Program-made: the position numbers and the translations under genes
Origin: Chiloscyllium plagiosum
Taxonomy: Eukaryota
Direction: 5' to 3'
Length of the DNA stretch: 43,900 nt
NCBI RefSeq assembly: GCF_004010195.1
Contig: NC_057754.1
Location: forward strand, 10,703,239 to 10,747,138
Notes under the pieces: generated by a model
What the model was told of the DNA's origin: nothing
What the model saw: the letters and a program-made list of their open reading frames with translations, nothing else
Database searches by the model: none
Shown here: positions 1 to 11,784 of the stretch, in pieces
Numbering within the stretch: the stretch's first letter is position 1
Layout: each line of letters begins with the position of its first letter

Positions 1-208
1 AGTGACAGTTTAATTTGAGGGACATCAAATTTCAGATGAGCAGAGAGGTTGAGAAGGAGTGGTAACCTCAGAAGGTCAGGGACTTAAAATCACACTGTTG
101 GCATAACCTGGAATAGTGGGAAATGGTACGGAGATGAGGTCAGTCCTTCAGAACTGTCCTACAAGGAGAACATGTGGATTTCATGCTCCAGCAAAGAGCA
201 AAGAGGGG

Positions 209-533
209 CTCAGTGGCTCAGTGCTTAGCACTGCTGCCTCACAGTACCAGCGATCTGGGTTCGATTCCAGCCTCAGGCGCCTGCCTGTGTGGAATTTGAA
301 CATTCTCCCCATGTCTGTGTGTGTTTCCTCTGGGAGCTCTGGTTTCCTCCCACAATCCAAAGATGTACAGGTTAAGTGAATTGGCCAAGCTAAATTACCC
401 ATAGTGTAGTTTATTAGTCAGGGGTAAGTATAGGGTAGGGGAAATGGGTCTGGGTGGGTTACTCTTTGAAGGGTTGGTGTGGACTTGTTGGGCTGAAGGG
501 CCTGTGTCCACACTCTAGGGATTCTAATTCTAA
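209..533 (+). mobile_element. HE1-like tRNA-derived SINE
   Basis: A-box GTGGCTCAGTGCTTAG, B-box GGGTTCGATTCC, body shared with copies at 11272, 11785, 18088 and 42049, (ATTCTA)n tail. Confidence 0.9.
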
Positions 534-594
534 TATTCCCTGTCATTGGCTGAGGGAGCTGTTCGTGTTACACTGAAACCATCAAGACGTTGAG

Positions 595-725
595 AGAAGC
601 ACTTGAACCATCAGAGCACACAAGACTATGGGCCAAGTGCTGGAAACTAGGGTTAGAAGCAATGGTTGCTCATGACTGGCGTTGGATTGATGGGATGAAG
701 GATCTGTCTCCATGCAGTTTAAAGT
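595..725 (+). mobile_element. CR1-like LINE 3' end fragment
   Basis: GACTATGGGCCAAGTGCTGG...GATGGGATGAAGG resembles the other CR1 3' UTRs in the window. Confidence 0.5.
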
Positions 726-726
726 T

Positions 727-788
727 CAGTGACTGTATCAATTTGTAAGAGAAATTTTTGTTTCTCTTGCAAATTGATACTGTCACTG
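727..788. repeat. 28-bp inverted repeat (fold-back hairpin)
   Basis: Arms 727-754 and 761-788 are reverse complements with 2 mismatches; 6-nt loop. Confidence 0.9.
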
Positions 789-824
789 TATCAATTAAGA
801 AAAATTTTAAGCATCGTGAGGCAT

Positions 825-896
825 TCCCTGGCGATCTAATGGTCAGGATTTGGTGCTGTCATTGCTGCTTCCTGAGTTTTATTCCTCGTCAGGAAA
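825..896 (+). pseudogene. Degenerate tRNA-Glu pseudogene
   Basis: TCCCTGGCGATCTAATGGTCAGGATTTGGTGCTGTCATTGCTGCTTCCTGAGTTTTATTCCTCGTCAGGAAA is colinear over 72 nt with vertebrate tRNA-Glu (TCCCTGGTGGTCTAGTGGTTAGGATTCGGCGCT...GGTTCGATTCCCGGTCAGGGAA); B-box and stems broken. Confidence 0.75.
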
Positions 897-1104
897 TGAG
901 GACTTATTGTTCCTGTACAAACTCATAAAATGAACATCGATTCCTGACTTTAAAAGTAACAAAGAAAGCAAGTCTGTCAGAATCAGTGAGAGATTCACAT
1001 CAGAGATGAAAGTAAATGGAAGAAAGTGCATCATGCTTGATTGCTCAGCTACTGTACAACAAACATAAAACCTGCTCCTTATTGAAGCATGAAGGCTTTT
1101 GGAG

Positions 1105-1445
1105 ATTTGATAGGTTGGATCCGAAAAAGTTGGTTCCTGACCTGGGATGGTCCAGAATGACAGGATATAATCTCAGAATAAGGTTTGCATGTTTAAGGCA
1201 GAGATGAGGAGAAATTTATTCTCTCAGAGGGTTGTGAATCTGTGTAATTCTTCACAGTAGCGGGCTTTCGAGGCTGGGTCATTCAATATATTCAAGGCTG
1301 AGTTTGACAGATTTGTAATCAGTCAGGGTTTTGGGGAATGGCAAGACCATGCAGCTGAGTCTAAACAGATCAAACATGAACTCATTAAATGACAGGGCAG
1401 ACATGATGGGTTGAATGGTCTCTGTCTGCTCCTAAAATTTACAGT
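1105..1445 (+). mobile_element. CR1-like LINE 3' fragment (end of ORF2 plus 3' UTR)
   Basis: GAGATGAGGAGAAATTTATTCTCTCAGAGGGTTGTGAATCTGTG (EMRRNxFSQRVVNLW motif), as in the copy at 34800. Confidence 0.8.
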
Positions 1446-1859
1446 CCCAATACGAGGCTGCAAAACTGACCTTTGTAAAGTTTACATGTTAAAATGTGTG
1501 GATCCCCTGGGGGCAGGGAACCGTGGTGAGATATGGAAAGGATAACACACAAGAGAGAGTAATTATGGGTCAGTGATCTGGAGTGATCTGTTGAAATGGT
1601 GTCAGGGTAAACAGTGTAAACTGGTCTGCAGCATTCACACTGAGCTTAGCTCCACCAGGCCCACAGTCACCTCTCATAAACCACCATTGCCCTTCACTTT
1701 TCTAGACATCATCTCTATTCTTGTTTTAAGCTGATTGCCTGTCAGTTATTTGCAGCTGACATTCCTAATGTGGAACTGTAATGTGCACTAAAGTGATTCT
1801 AAATGGTCCACGACATAATTCTGATTCAAAAGATCAGTTAGTATTTTATATTTACAATT

Positions 1860-1929
1860 CTAAATGTGAATCATTAACAGGCCATTGCAGTGAAAGCACT
1901 GAATCCTAATCACTGGTCCGACATGGAAG
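1860..1929 (-). pseudogene. Degenerate tRNA-Glu(TTC)-like pseudogene
   Basis: Minus strand reads TTCCATGTCGGACCAGTGATTAGGATTCAGTGCTTTCACTGCAATGGCCTG, matching the D arm and anticodon arm of tRNA-Glu(TTC); 3' half decayed. Confidence 0.6.
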
Positions 1930-3096
1930 AGCTCTGTTTCTTATATCCTGGGCATCATCCCCTCAGCCATATTTCCATTTTGTTACATTGTCTTGGTTTA
2001 TGATACATAGGCTATTCAGTTATCTATTCCTCTACTCACTCTGACTCGGTTCACTGATATTTTCATTGAACATTGCATCTATTTCCTTCTGAACCTGTGT
2101 GGTTTTGAGAGGATTAAGTCTGTAGGGGTGTTGGTTTATTTGAACAGCATTTCCTATTTCTACCTCGTGCACAATAGTATTAGTCCTAGAACATGGAACA
2201 TAGAACTTTACAGTGCAGCACAGGCCCTTCCACCTTCGATTTTGTGCTGACCTGCAAAATTAATCTGATGTCCATCTAACTTACACCATTCCATTATTAT
2301 CCATATGTATGCCCAATGCCCATTTAAATGCCCTTAATGTCAGCAAGTCTACTACTGTTGCAGGCAGGCTGTTCCACGCCCCTACTACTACTCTGGGTAA
2401 AGAAACTACCTCTGACATCTGTCCTAAATCTACCACCCCTCAATTTAAAGCTATGTCCCCTCGTGTTAGCCTTCACCATCCGAGGAACAAGGCTCCCACT
2501 ATCCACCTTATCCAACCCTCTGATTATCTTATATGTCTTGATTAAGTCACCTCTTAATCTTCTCTCCAATGAAAACAACCTCAGTTCCCTCAGCCTTTCC
2601 TCATAACACCTTCCTTCCATACCAGGCAACATTCTAGTAAATCTCCTCAGAACCCTTTCCAAAGCTTCCACATACTTCCTATAATGTGGTGACCAGAACT
2701 GTACGCTATACGCCAGGTGCAACCTTACCAGTGTGATGTACAGCTGAAGCATGACCTTGTGGCTCCGAAACTCAATCCTCATACCAATAAATGCCAACAC
2801 ACCACATGACTTCTTAACATATCTATTAACCTAAGTGGCAACTTTCAGGGATTTATGAACCTGGACACCGAGATCTCTCTGTTCATCAACACTGCCAAGT
2901 ATTTTACCATTAGTCTAGTACTCTGCATTCCTGTTACTTCTTCTGAAGTGAACTACCTCACACTTTTCTGCATTAAACTCCATTTACCACTTCTCAGCCC
3001 AGATTTGTATCTTATCTATGTCCCTCTGTAACCCACAACATCCTTTGGCACTATCCACAACTCTGCCTACCTCAGTGTCATCAGCAAATTTACTAA

Positions 3097-3284
3097 GAGA
3101 AAGTGAGGACTGCAGATGCTGGAGATCAGAGCTGAAAATGTGTTGCTGGAAAAGCGCAGCAGGTCAGGCAGCATCCAAGGAGCAGGAGAATCGACGCTTC
3201 GGGCAGGGCTCATGTCTGAAATGTTGAATCTCCTGCTCCTTGGTTGCTGCCTGACCTGCGCTTTTCCAGCAACACATTTTCAGC
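3097..3284. mobile_element. Palindromic Penelope-like pLTR-derived hairpin element inserted in CR1
   Basis: Inverted arms about 3131-3203 and 3210-3284; 16-bp direct repeat TCAGCAAATTTACTAA at 3081-3096 and 3280-3295; same family as 26542-26736. Confidence 0.8.
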
Positions 3285-6063
3285 AAATTTACTAACCCAA
3301 CCTTCTACGCCCATTCCAGATCATTTATAAATATGACAAAGAGCAGTGGCCCCCAAACCAGATCCTTGTGGCACATCACTGGTAACTGAACTCCAGGATG
3401 AACTTTTCTCATCAACCACCACCCTCTGTCTCCTTTTAGCGAGCCAATTTCTGATCCAAAATGCTAAATCACCTTCAATCCCGAAACTCCTTATTTTGTA
3501 CAATAGCCCACTGTGTGGAACCTTATCAACCCCCTTATTTAAGTCCATATACACCACATCAACCGCCTTACCTTCATTCACCTGTTTTGTCACCTTCTTG
3601 AAGAACTCAATAAGGTTAGTGGGGGCCCGGGGTCTTATCTATTTTCAGATCTTCCAAAATTGCTAAAGCCTCCTCTTTGTAAACTTCAATTCCATCTAAT
3701 CTTGTAGCCTGTATCTCCGTATTCTCACTAACATTGACCTTTTCCAATGTGAATACTGACAAAAAGTATTCATTAAGCGCTTCCCCTATGTCCTCATATT
3801 CCACACACAACTTTCCACTACTATCTTTAATTGGCCTTAATCTTACTCTAGTCATTATCTTATTCCTATAGATATACCTACTGAAAGCCTTAGGGTTTCC
3901 TTGATCCTATTCACCAACAACTTCTCAGGTACCCCCCGGCTCTTCTCTTTACATCTTTTCTGGCTAACTTATAACTCTCAAGTCCCCTAATTGAGCCTTC
4001 ATACCTCAACCTCACATAAGCCTTCGTCTTCGTCTTGACAAGAGCTTCAACTTCTTTCGTAAACCATGGCTCCCTCTCTCGACAACTACCTCCCTGCCTG
4101 ACAGTTACATACTTATCAAGGACCCGCAGTAGCTGTTCCTTGAATAAGCTCCACATTTCAAGAGTGTCCATCCCTCTGGTTTCCTTCCCCTTCCTGTGCA
4201 TCCTAATCACATCATAATTGCCTTTTCCCCAGTTATACCTCTTTCCCTGCAGTATATACCTATCCCTTCATCAGAAAGGAGGCTCCCACTTCCAAATCTA
4301 ACACCTGGCCGAGTTCATTCCCAAGTACCAAATCCAAAATGGCATCGCCCCTTGTTGGCCTGTCTACATACTGTGTCAGAAAATCCTCCTGCACACATTG
4401 AAAAAAAACTGACCCATCTAAACTACTTGAACTATAGTATTCCCAGTCAATATTGGGGAAGTTAAATTCCCATAACAACTACCTTGTTACTCTCGTCTTA
4501 TCGAGAATCATCTTTGCTATCCTTTCCTCTACATCCCTGGAACAATTTGAAGGCCTACAGAAAAGGGTGACCTCTCCTTTCCTGTTTCCAACCTCAGTCC
4601 AAACTATGTTAGTGGATGAGTCCTCAACCATTATCACAGCTGCTGTAATACTATCCTTTATTAATAATGCCACACCCCTGCCTCTTTTACCTTCTTCTGT
4701 GTTCTTGCTGAAATATCTAAATCCCGTAATCTGTAACAATCATTCCTGTCCCTCCTGGCCATAACATCAAAATCCCAGGTAACAACCCATGCAGCAAGTT
4801 CACCCACCTTATTCCTGATGCTCTTGGCATTGAAGTACACACATTTCAAACCAACATCCAGATTGCTGGTGCCCTCTCGCGACCTTATAAACCTATCCCT
4901 GACTTCACTATTCTCAATCTCCTGTACACTGGAACTACAATGCAGGTTCCCATCCCCCTGCTGCATTAGTTTAAATTCCCCTGAAGAGCATTAGCAAATT
5001 TACCCCCCAGGATATTGGTACCCCTCTAGTTCAGGTGAAGACTATCCTGTTTGTAGAGGTCCCACCTTCCTCAGAAAGAGTTCCAATTTTCCAAGAATCC
5101 AACACCCTCCCTCCTGCACCATCCCTGCAGCTACGTGTTCAGCTCCGCGCTCTCCCTGTTCCTCGCTTCACTAGCATGTGGCGCGGGCAACAAACCAGTG
5201 ATAACAACTCTGTTTGTTCTAGCTCCAAGCTTCCATCCTAGCTCCCTGAATTTCTCCATTAGATCCCTACCTTTCTTCCTACCTAAGTCGTTGGTGCCGA
5301 TGTGGACCATGACTTGGGCCTGCTCCCTCTCGTCCTCAAAGATCCCAAAAACATAGTCAGTGACATCACGAATCCTGGCACCTGGGAGGCAACAAACCAA
5401 TCGTGAATCTCTCTTGTTCCTACGAAATCTCCTATCTGTTCCCCTAACTATGAAGTCCTCAATGACTAATGCTCTGCTCCTCTTCCCCCTTCACCTCTGA
5501 GGAACAGGGACAGACTCTGTGCCAGAGACCTGTGCCCCATTGCTTACCCCTGGTAAGTCATCCCCCCCCACTCAACCCAACAGTATCCAAAATGGTATAC
5601 TTGTTGATGAAGGGAACCACCACAGGAGATCCCTGCACTGCCTGCCGGTTCCCTTTCCTACCCCTGACGGTAACCCATCTACCTTCTTCACGAGGCTGTG
5701 GAGTAACTACCTCCCTGTAACTCCTCTCAATAACCCCCCTGCCACCTGAATGATCCGAAGTTCATCCAGCTCCAGCTCCAGCTCCAGTTCCCTAACACGG
5801 TTGTTGAGGAGCTGGAGTTGAGTGCACTTCCCACTAATAACTAGAGGTGACCCTTACCTCCCACTTACTGCAGGAGGAACATTCAGCTGCCCTAACCTCC
5901 ATTCCTGCTATTCTAATTTCCCAAATAGCGGGAAAAAAAATGAAACATGAAAGAAAACACCTGACCAACCGACGCACAGAACTTTGTTTTAGGTTAGAGG
6001 AGGAGGATAGATAGGAGACACTACCAGAGTAGTGTTTCAGGTAAAGCAACCATCCAAGTATGT

Positions 6064-6405
6064 GACCTCGTGACCTACCTGACTGAGTCCAGTCATTGAA
6101 GAAAACCCAGAACAAAAGAAATTTAAACTGTATACTCACGTATCCCGACAGGCTCTGCTGCTCCCTGGAGACCTCGTGACCTCTTCAACTGCATCCAGGA
6201 ACTGAAGAAAAACCGGAACGAAAAGAAATTTTAACGATATACTCACATATCCCGAGAAGTTTGGCTGCTCCCTGGAGACTTTGTGGCCTCTCTGATAACG
6301 TCCAGGAACTGAAGAGAAACTGGAACTAAAAGAAATTTAAACCCTTTACTCACATATCCCGACAGGCTCCACTGCTCCCTGGAAACCTCGTGACCTCTGA
6401 CTGCA
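6064..6405 (-). repeat. Tandem monomers of about 107 bp in the CR1 5' UTR (3 full copies plus a partial)
   Basis: Unit GACCTCGTGACCT...GAAGAAAACCGGAACAAAAGAAATTTAAAC...TACTCACATATCCCGACAGGCTCTGCTGCTCCCTGGA recurs from about 6064, 6170, 6277 and 6384. Confidence 0.85.
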
Positions 6406-7667
6406 TCCTCCCTATCTTATTCCTGCATATGTCCTCACACTGCTACAACAAACCTTTCAATTGGGTTCTTTGCTCCTGAGACAGATCGTTCACTAACCTA
6501 TCCCACTCCTCAAGGACGTCCTCATTATTTAACGTATTTTGAGACACATCAAACTCCATGTCATCTGGATTTGATTCCTTACTCTGCGGGTCTATAACAC
6601 CCGTTACTCCAGTACCCTGTCTCATTTACAGCAAAGTTTTAACATATTCACATTACATGACCAATGCAGTTTTTTTCCTATCCGTTATCTCTACTAGGTA
6701 GTTCACCTGACTCAACTTTTTCTCAATTTGATAGGGACCACTCAACCTGGCTTTGAAGGGATCTCCTATCATAGGTAACAGTACTAATACATTATCATCA
6801 TGGGAAAGCGTCCGAAGTTTAGAGTTTTTATCTGCTGCCTGCTTCATTCTATAATGTGCCCTCCTCAGGTGCTGTTTAGCTAATCACCTACCTGATTTAA
6901 TCTCCCCCCTCACCTCTGATACATAATTCAATTGTGAGGTCTCTGACTTCGATCCTGTCAATTTTTCTTTAATTAATTTCAAAGGCCCTCTCACTCCATG
7001 TCTGAATATTAACTCAGAGGGAGTAAATGCTGTAGATTCATTTGGGGCATTGCGAATAGCATACCTTTATCACAATCATTTGGGTAATCCTGACAGTCCG
7101 CTTTAAAAATGGTCTGCAGGGTCTGATGCCATCTTTCCAAAGCTCGCTGGGATTCAGAATGGTATGGACTTGATTAAAAGTGTTGTATGTCTCAACTATC
7201 CATGACTTCCTTAAACAGCCCAGCAGTAAAGTTAGACCCTTGCTCTATCTGAATCTCTCTGGGTAGCTCATACCACGTGAAGAAAGCTACGAACTCCCCT
7301 ACCACTCTTTTGCCTTAATACTCTATAATGGAATTGCCTCTGGAAATCTGGTAGACACCTCCATTATGATTAGCGAGTACTGGTTTCCACTTTTACTTTT
7401 AAGGAGGGGACCTAGGCAATCAATTATAACCTGTGTGAAAGGTCCTTTGAGTGCATGAATTGGCATCAAAGATGCAGGTTTTATTACTGCCTATAGCTTA
7501 CCTACCATTTGGAATATATGACATGTACGGCAAAATTTGACCACATTCTTGTGCATTCCAGGCCAATAGAAGTGCTTTTGTACCTTAGCCTGAGTCCTTC
7601 TCACACCTCGCTGACCTCCTAATGGAAATTCATGTGCTACCCTTAACACTTCCTGTCTGTGTGCTGA

Positions 7668-7998
7668 TTTGAAGATGTCGTTGTTGGACTGGGGTGTACA
7701 AAGTTAAAAATCACACAACACCAGGTTATAGTCCAACAGGTTTAATTGGAAGCATACTAGCTTTTGGAGCGACGCTCCTTCATCAGGTAATAGTGGAGGG
7801 CTAACACACAGAATTTATAGCAAAAATTTGCAGTGTGATGTAACTGAAATTATACATTGAAAAATTGATTGTCTGTTAAGCCTTTCATCTGTTAGAATAC
7901 AGTGATAGTTTCACTTCTTTCATATGTAAATCACAAAACCTTTTTTTTAAAGTTGCATTCTCGGGTTAACTGTTAACAATGGTGATAGCTAGACAATA
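7668..7998 (-). mobile_element. Penelope-like terminal (pLTR) fragment inserted in the Gmr1 integrase
   Basis: Interrupts the integrase reading WAEVH|SAHRQEVL with a small target deletion; carries a hammerhead-like motif at 7751-7790. Confidence 0.7.
7751..7790 (-). ncRNA. Minimal hammerhead ribozyme motif, core-mutated
   Basis: TAC-CTGATGA-A-GGAGC-GTC-GCTCC-AAAA-GCT-A-GTA: stem I TAC/GTA, stem II GGAGC/GCTCC, palindromic AGCT stem III; GAAA changed to AAAA. Confidence 0.65.
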
Positions 7999-9849
7999 TG
8001 CACTTCTGCCCATCTCTCCTCTGCAATAACCTGCTGTGGTCTCCACTTTCACTTCAGGATTCTATCTTTAAGATAATAACTCACTGGAATACATTCTGAT
8101 TCCTTTTCTGAGTATACATCAATATACAGCTTGTCTTGCTGTTGTAAGTCCATTAGCCTTTCAGGACTAAACACTTCTGCCCGACCACCTACCTGTTAAG
8201 GTTTTTCCTGAAACATTACATCAAACAGGATGTCAGCTAACTGAACATCAACTCCTTTGTCTTTCTCTTCTGTTTTTGTTTCTTTTTGTGACATACGACA
8301 GTGGGATATTGTTACCACGCATACTGGAAAAAGTCCAATGTATCTTTCCTCTAACTCCTCAGTTTCCTGGTCTTCCTTTGGCTTATCCACAACAAGAGGT
8401 GTCACTCCCACTTTGGATCCTGCTAAATCATTCCCAAGAACAAAACAAACGTTCCTGGAACTGACACTCTGTCAATCACTCCCACTGTTACTTCTCCAGC
8501 CCTGAATTGTCTCTCCAACCTGATCTTACACAGGGGAATGCTAAATTTCTGACCATCTATTGCAGAAGTTACCATTCTCCCGGGTAACATGTCAGAAAGA
8601 GTGAAAATACCATTTATCTCTTACTATTAGAGACTGATTAGATTCCACATCTCTCAAAGTTGTAACTTCTTTCCCTTCTCCCCATGTTCTTTCTGAGTAA
8701 ACTTTACGCACAGAGATGAAGTTTTTATAGTGATTGAGTACGAACTCCATACCCAGTCCCCTGCCTAGGCTATGAGCTTTCATGCAGCTCCTTGAGTTTT
8801 CTTCTGGTTTCCTTTGCTGCTTGCACTAATCCCATTTTTCCCACACCTTTTCCCACAGTGCCTTTCTTTAACAAGCAGCACGTGACTTTACGTGTCCCAC
8901 TTTGCTACAGTGACAACACCTGAGGGCTTTTACCTCCTTTTCGTCCTCTTGAACTTCTTTTGTCACCTGTGGTAAACGATTAACAGTGTACTCTACTCTG
9001 TGTTTTGTGGAGTAGGATCTCCCCTTCTTCCAATTTCTATCCCTCAGAAGATGAAGTTCCTGTTGGAAGCTAAATTTAACTTTATGCACCAATGCATATT
9101 CATCTGCCATCTCTACTGCCCTTCTCACTTCTTGAAGTTTCTGTTTATCCACGTGAATTCTTACCATCTCTGGAAGTGAGTTTTTGAACTCATTCAGCAG
9201 AATAATCTCTTACAGACTCATGGGTCTTATCCATTTTCAAGGCTTACACTCATCTATCAAAATTACTATGTCTAATTCTTTCAAACTCAACGTAAGTCTA
9301 ACCTGGTTCCTTCTTTATTTTTCTGAACCACTATCTATACGCTTCTGGTACCAATTTATAATCACTCAAAAGAGCCTGTTTGACATCTGCATAATCTCTT
9401 GACCCCTCATCTGACAGCAATGCAAATACCTCACTAGCTCTGCCTAGCAGCTTGGTCTGAACCAGCATTACCCACAAGCCCTCTGACCACTCCATCTGCC
9501 TAGCCAATTTTTCAAATGAAATAAAGAAGGCTCCAACATCTTTCTCATCAAAATATGGCAATGTTTTAACATATTTATAAACATCATTACCCAGAATAAA
9601 TAAACTATAACTAGTGGAGAAAGCTTCAGAGTGTGTACAACAGACAAGTGCCCATTCCTGTTGTTGGGGTTGAATTCCATCTTGTGCCATGGAGGTCTCA
9701 ATGGCTGAGTATTTCCATTACTTCTGATCTTTGCCTTGCTTGATCGACATTGATCTCTGATTTTTAATATTTGAGGGTTACTATTCAGTGATATCCCTGT
9801 ATCAGTTTCATGCTGTGGGATTTGATATGTGTGGTGTGTCAAATAGAGA

Positions 9850-10157
9850 CCAGGATTTGTGCTCCATGAGACTTATGTATGAGAAGAACTCTAGTTCTGA
9901 GAATCAGCTCATGGTTTGTCCACATGTGGTTAAATATTTTATGTGGCATTTTCGCCATTACTAAGCCAGGCTGTCCTGCCAGGATTTGTGCTCCATGAGA
10001 CTTATGTATGAGAAGAACTCTAGTTCTGAGAATCAGCTCATGGTTTGTCCACATGTGGTGTGGACAAACCTGACTGAACATTGACATTTTTAGCTGCTGA
10101 ATGTTTAGTTAAATATTTTATGTGGCATTTTCGCCATTACTAAGCCAGGCTGTCCTG
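9850..10157. repeat. Perfect local duplication A-B-A-x-B
   Basis: 9850-9930 = 9979-10059; 9929-9978 = 10108-10157. Confidence 0.95.
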
Positions 10158-11271
10158 ACATTGGGAGTATTTTTAGTTCAGACAGAATAGAGTAAGTTGC
10201 TCCATTGCCTGCCTTTTATCAGCTTCTGGTGGGACAACGCTCCTGATTTTTATCAGTTCTTGACCCGAGGCTGTGACCCTTTGAGCATAAGAGGAGACAT
10301 CAAGGGCCTTCTTGCTCTCATCATTCTGCCTCTGGAGTATTCCATAAGACATACTGAGTGAAAGATGGATTTACATTAGTGAGCTGCAGATGGCTCAGCA
10401 TTAAGCTAAATAACCAGATGAAATGCAATCAGACATAACAAAACAACAGCACTTTTAAAAGGGAGAGGAACAAACAAAGGCAATACATGGTGAGGTCAAT
10501 GCAGGACAAAGAGAGAGAGAGAGGAAAAGAAACCCACAATTCTAAGTGACACAGCAGTGAACCTGCACAGTTACTGCCTTTGCTGTTTGAACTCATGTAT
10601 CATTGGACATCAGAGTGTGTCTGGGAAAATTAATAAACACTGAAATTCATAACTAATCTTGGAGGAACCTGTTTGGGAGAGGTCACAGCACAGAAACAAG
10701 TAAGTGAATATTTTAAAGTGTGGCCTTACAGTAAGTCTGCAGTAGTGAGTAGAGTGGGTTCTTTCTTGATTAAATGTTTTATTGAGACATGTCTCTTAAT
10801 TAAACTTAAAAATATAAGCCATAAGTATTAAGTTAGCCTGGAGCAGTGTTTTGTACAGGAATAAGACAGTGCTATTTTCTGAGTCTGTAGATTGAAAGAT
10901 GCAAAAATGGCCTTTAGTAGAGTGATATGATCTTCTTGTCGGATGAGGATCAAAGATGTCTCAGAGAGGGTGCTGAAAGTTCTCAAGGGGGAGAGGGACA
11001 GCAGGAGGTCATTGTCCACATTGCCACAATGACATAAGAAGGGAAAAGGATGAGATTCTGAAGGGAGAATATAGAGAGTTAGGCCGGAATTTAAAAAGGA
11101 GTAGTAATATCTGGATTACTCCTGGTGCTGTGAGCTATTGATGTAGGTGTAGGAGGATAGAACAGATGAATGCATGATTGAAGAGCTCGTGTATGGGAGA
11201 AGGATTCACATTTATGGATCATTGGAATCTCTTCTGTGGTAGAAGTGACCTGTATGGGAAGGACGGATTGA

Positions 11272-11607
11272 TTAGATTAGATTCCCTACAGTATGGAAAC
11301 AGGCCCTTCAACCCAACAAGTCGACACCGACCCTCCGAACAGTAACCCACCCAGACCCATTTCCCCTACCCTGCATTTACCCCTGACTACTGCACTTAAC
11401 ACTATGGGAAATTTAGCCTGGCCAATTCACCTAACCTGCACATCTTTGGATTGTGGGAGGAAACTGGAACACCCAGAGGAAACCCACATGGACATGAGGA
11501 GAAAGTGCAAACTCCACACAGACAGTCGCCCAAGGCTGGAATCGAAACTGGGTCCCTGGCACTGTGAGGCAGCAGTGCTAACCACTGAGCCACCGTGCCA
11601 CCCCAAT
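11272..11607 (-). mobile_element. HE1-like SINE
   Basis: Full length; (ATTAG)n tail on +; host CR1 text GGACGGATTG|CACCTGAATTG resumes with an ATTG duplication. Confidence 0.92.
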
Positions 11608-11784
11608 TGCACCTGAATTGAAAGGGGACTAATATACTGGCAGGGAGAATTTCTAGAGCTGCTCAGGAGAATTTAAACAATTAAGTTGGGGGGGGGGCAG
11701 TGGTGCAGGCAATGGGACGCAGGGAGATAGTGAGGAAAGAGATCAATTTGTGACTGATACAGTTGAGAAAAGAAGCAAGCCAAT

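Larger units (their letters stand above)
2187..6410 (-). mobile_element. Near-full-length degraded CR1 (HER1-like) LINE: 5' UTR repeats, ORF1 (CxxC plus SGNH esterase), ORF2 (APE endonuclease plus RT), 3' tail
   Basis: Minus-strand ORFs in order: AECSSCSKWE (ORF1 start), VCCLPGARIRDV and VHIGTNDLG (esterase), CVYFNAKSIRNK, FNFPNIDW and ILDLVL (endonuclease), VYMDLNK and VPQGSGLG (RT), VQFWSPH and RRLRGDLI (C-terminus), (TTCTATG)n tail at 2187-2207; frameshifts and an internal RT deletion near 3620. Confidence 0.92.
6415..9615 (-). mobile_element. Gmr1-clade Ty3/Gypsy LTR retrotransposon internal remnant (gag, zinc knuckle, protease, integrase; RT lost)
   Basis: gag FDEKDVGAFFISFEKLARQMEW...LVPEAYR; knuckle CCHCSKVGHVKS; protease-like LRDVES; integrase FYWPGM..FCRTCH, RFPEAIPL, GLPREIQ..QGSNFT; GPY (KARLSGPYQI); then pre-RT linker LSQEQRTQLKGLL, giving PR-IN-(RT) order. 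Confidence 0.85.

Noticed and set aside
116..402. Recurring short ORFs such as CGRKPEHPEETH and MAQWLALLPHS (also at 11293-11986 and 42195-42456)
   Set aside because: Translations of HE1-like SINE copies, not genes.
1490..1535. TGG GGG CAG GGA ACC GTG GTG (WGQGTVV), IgH J-like
   Set aside because: No RSS at 12 or 22/23 spacing upstream and no splice donor at the expected place; could be chance or a CTCF-like G-rich word.
6064..6405. Regularly spaced repeats as a CRISPR-like array
   Set aside because: Eukaryotic context, whole units are homologous with no unique spacers, and they sit in a LINE 5' UTR.
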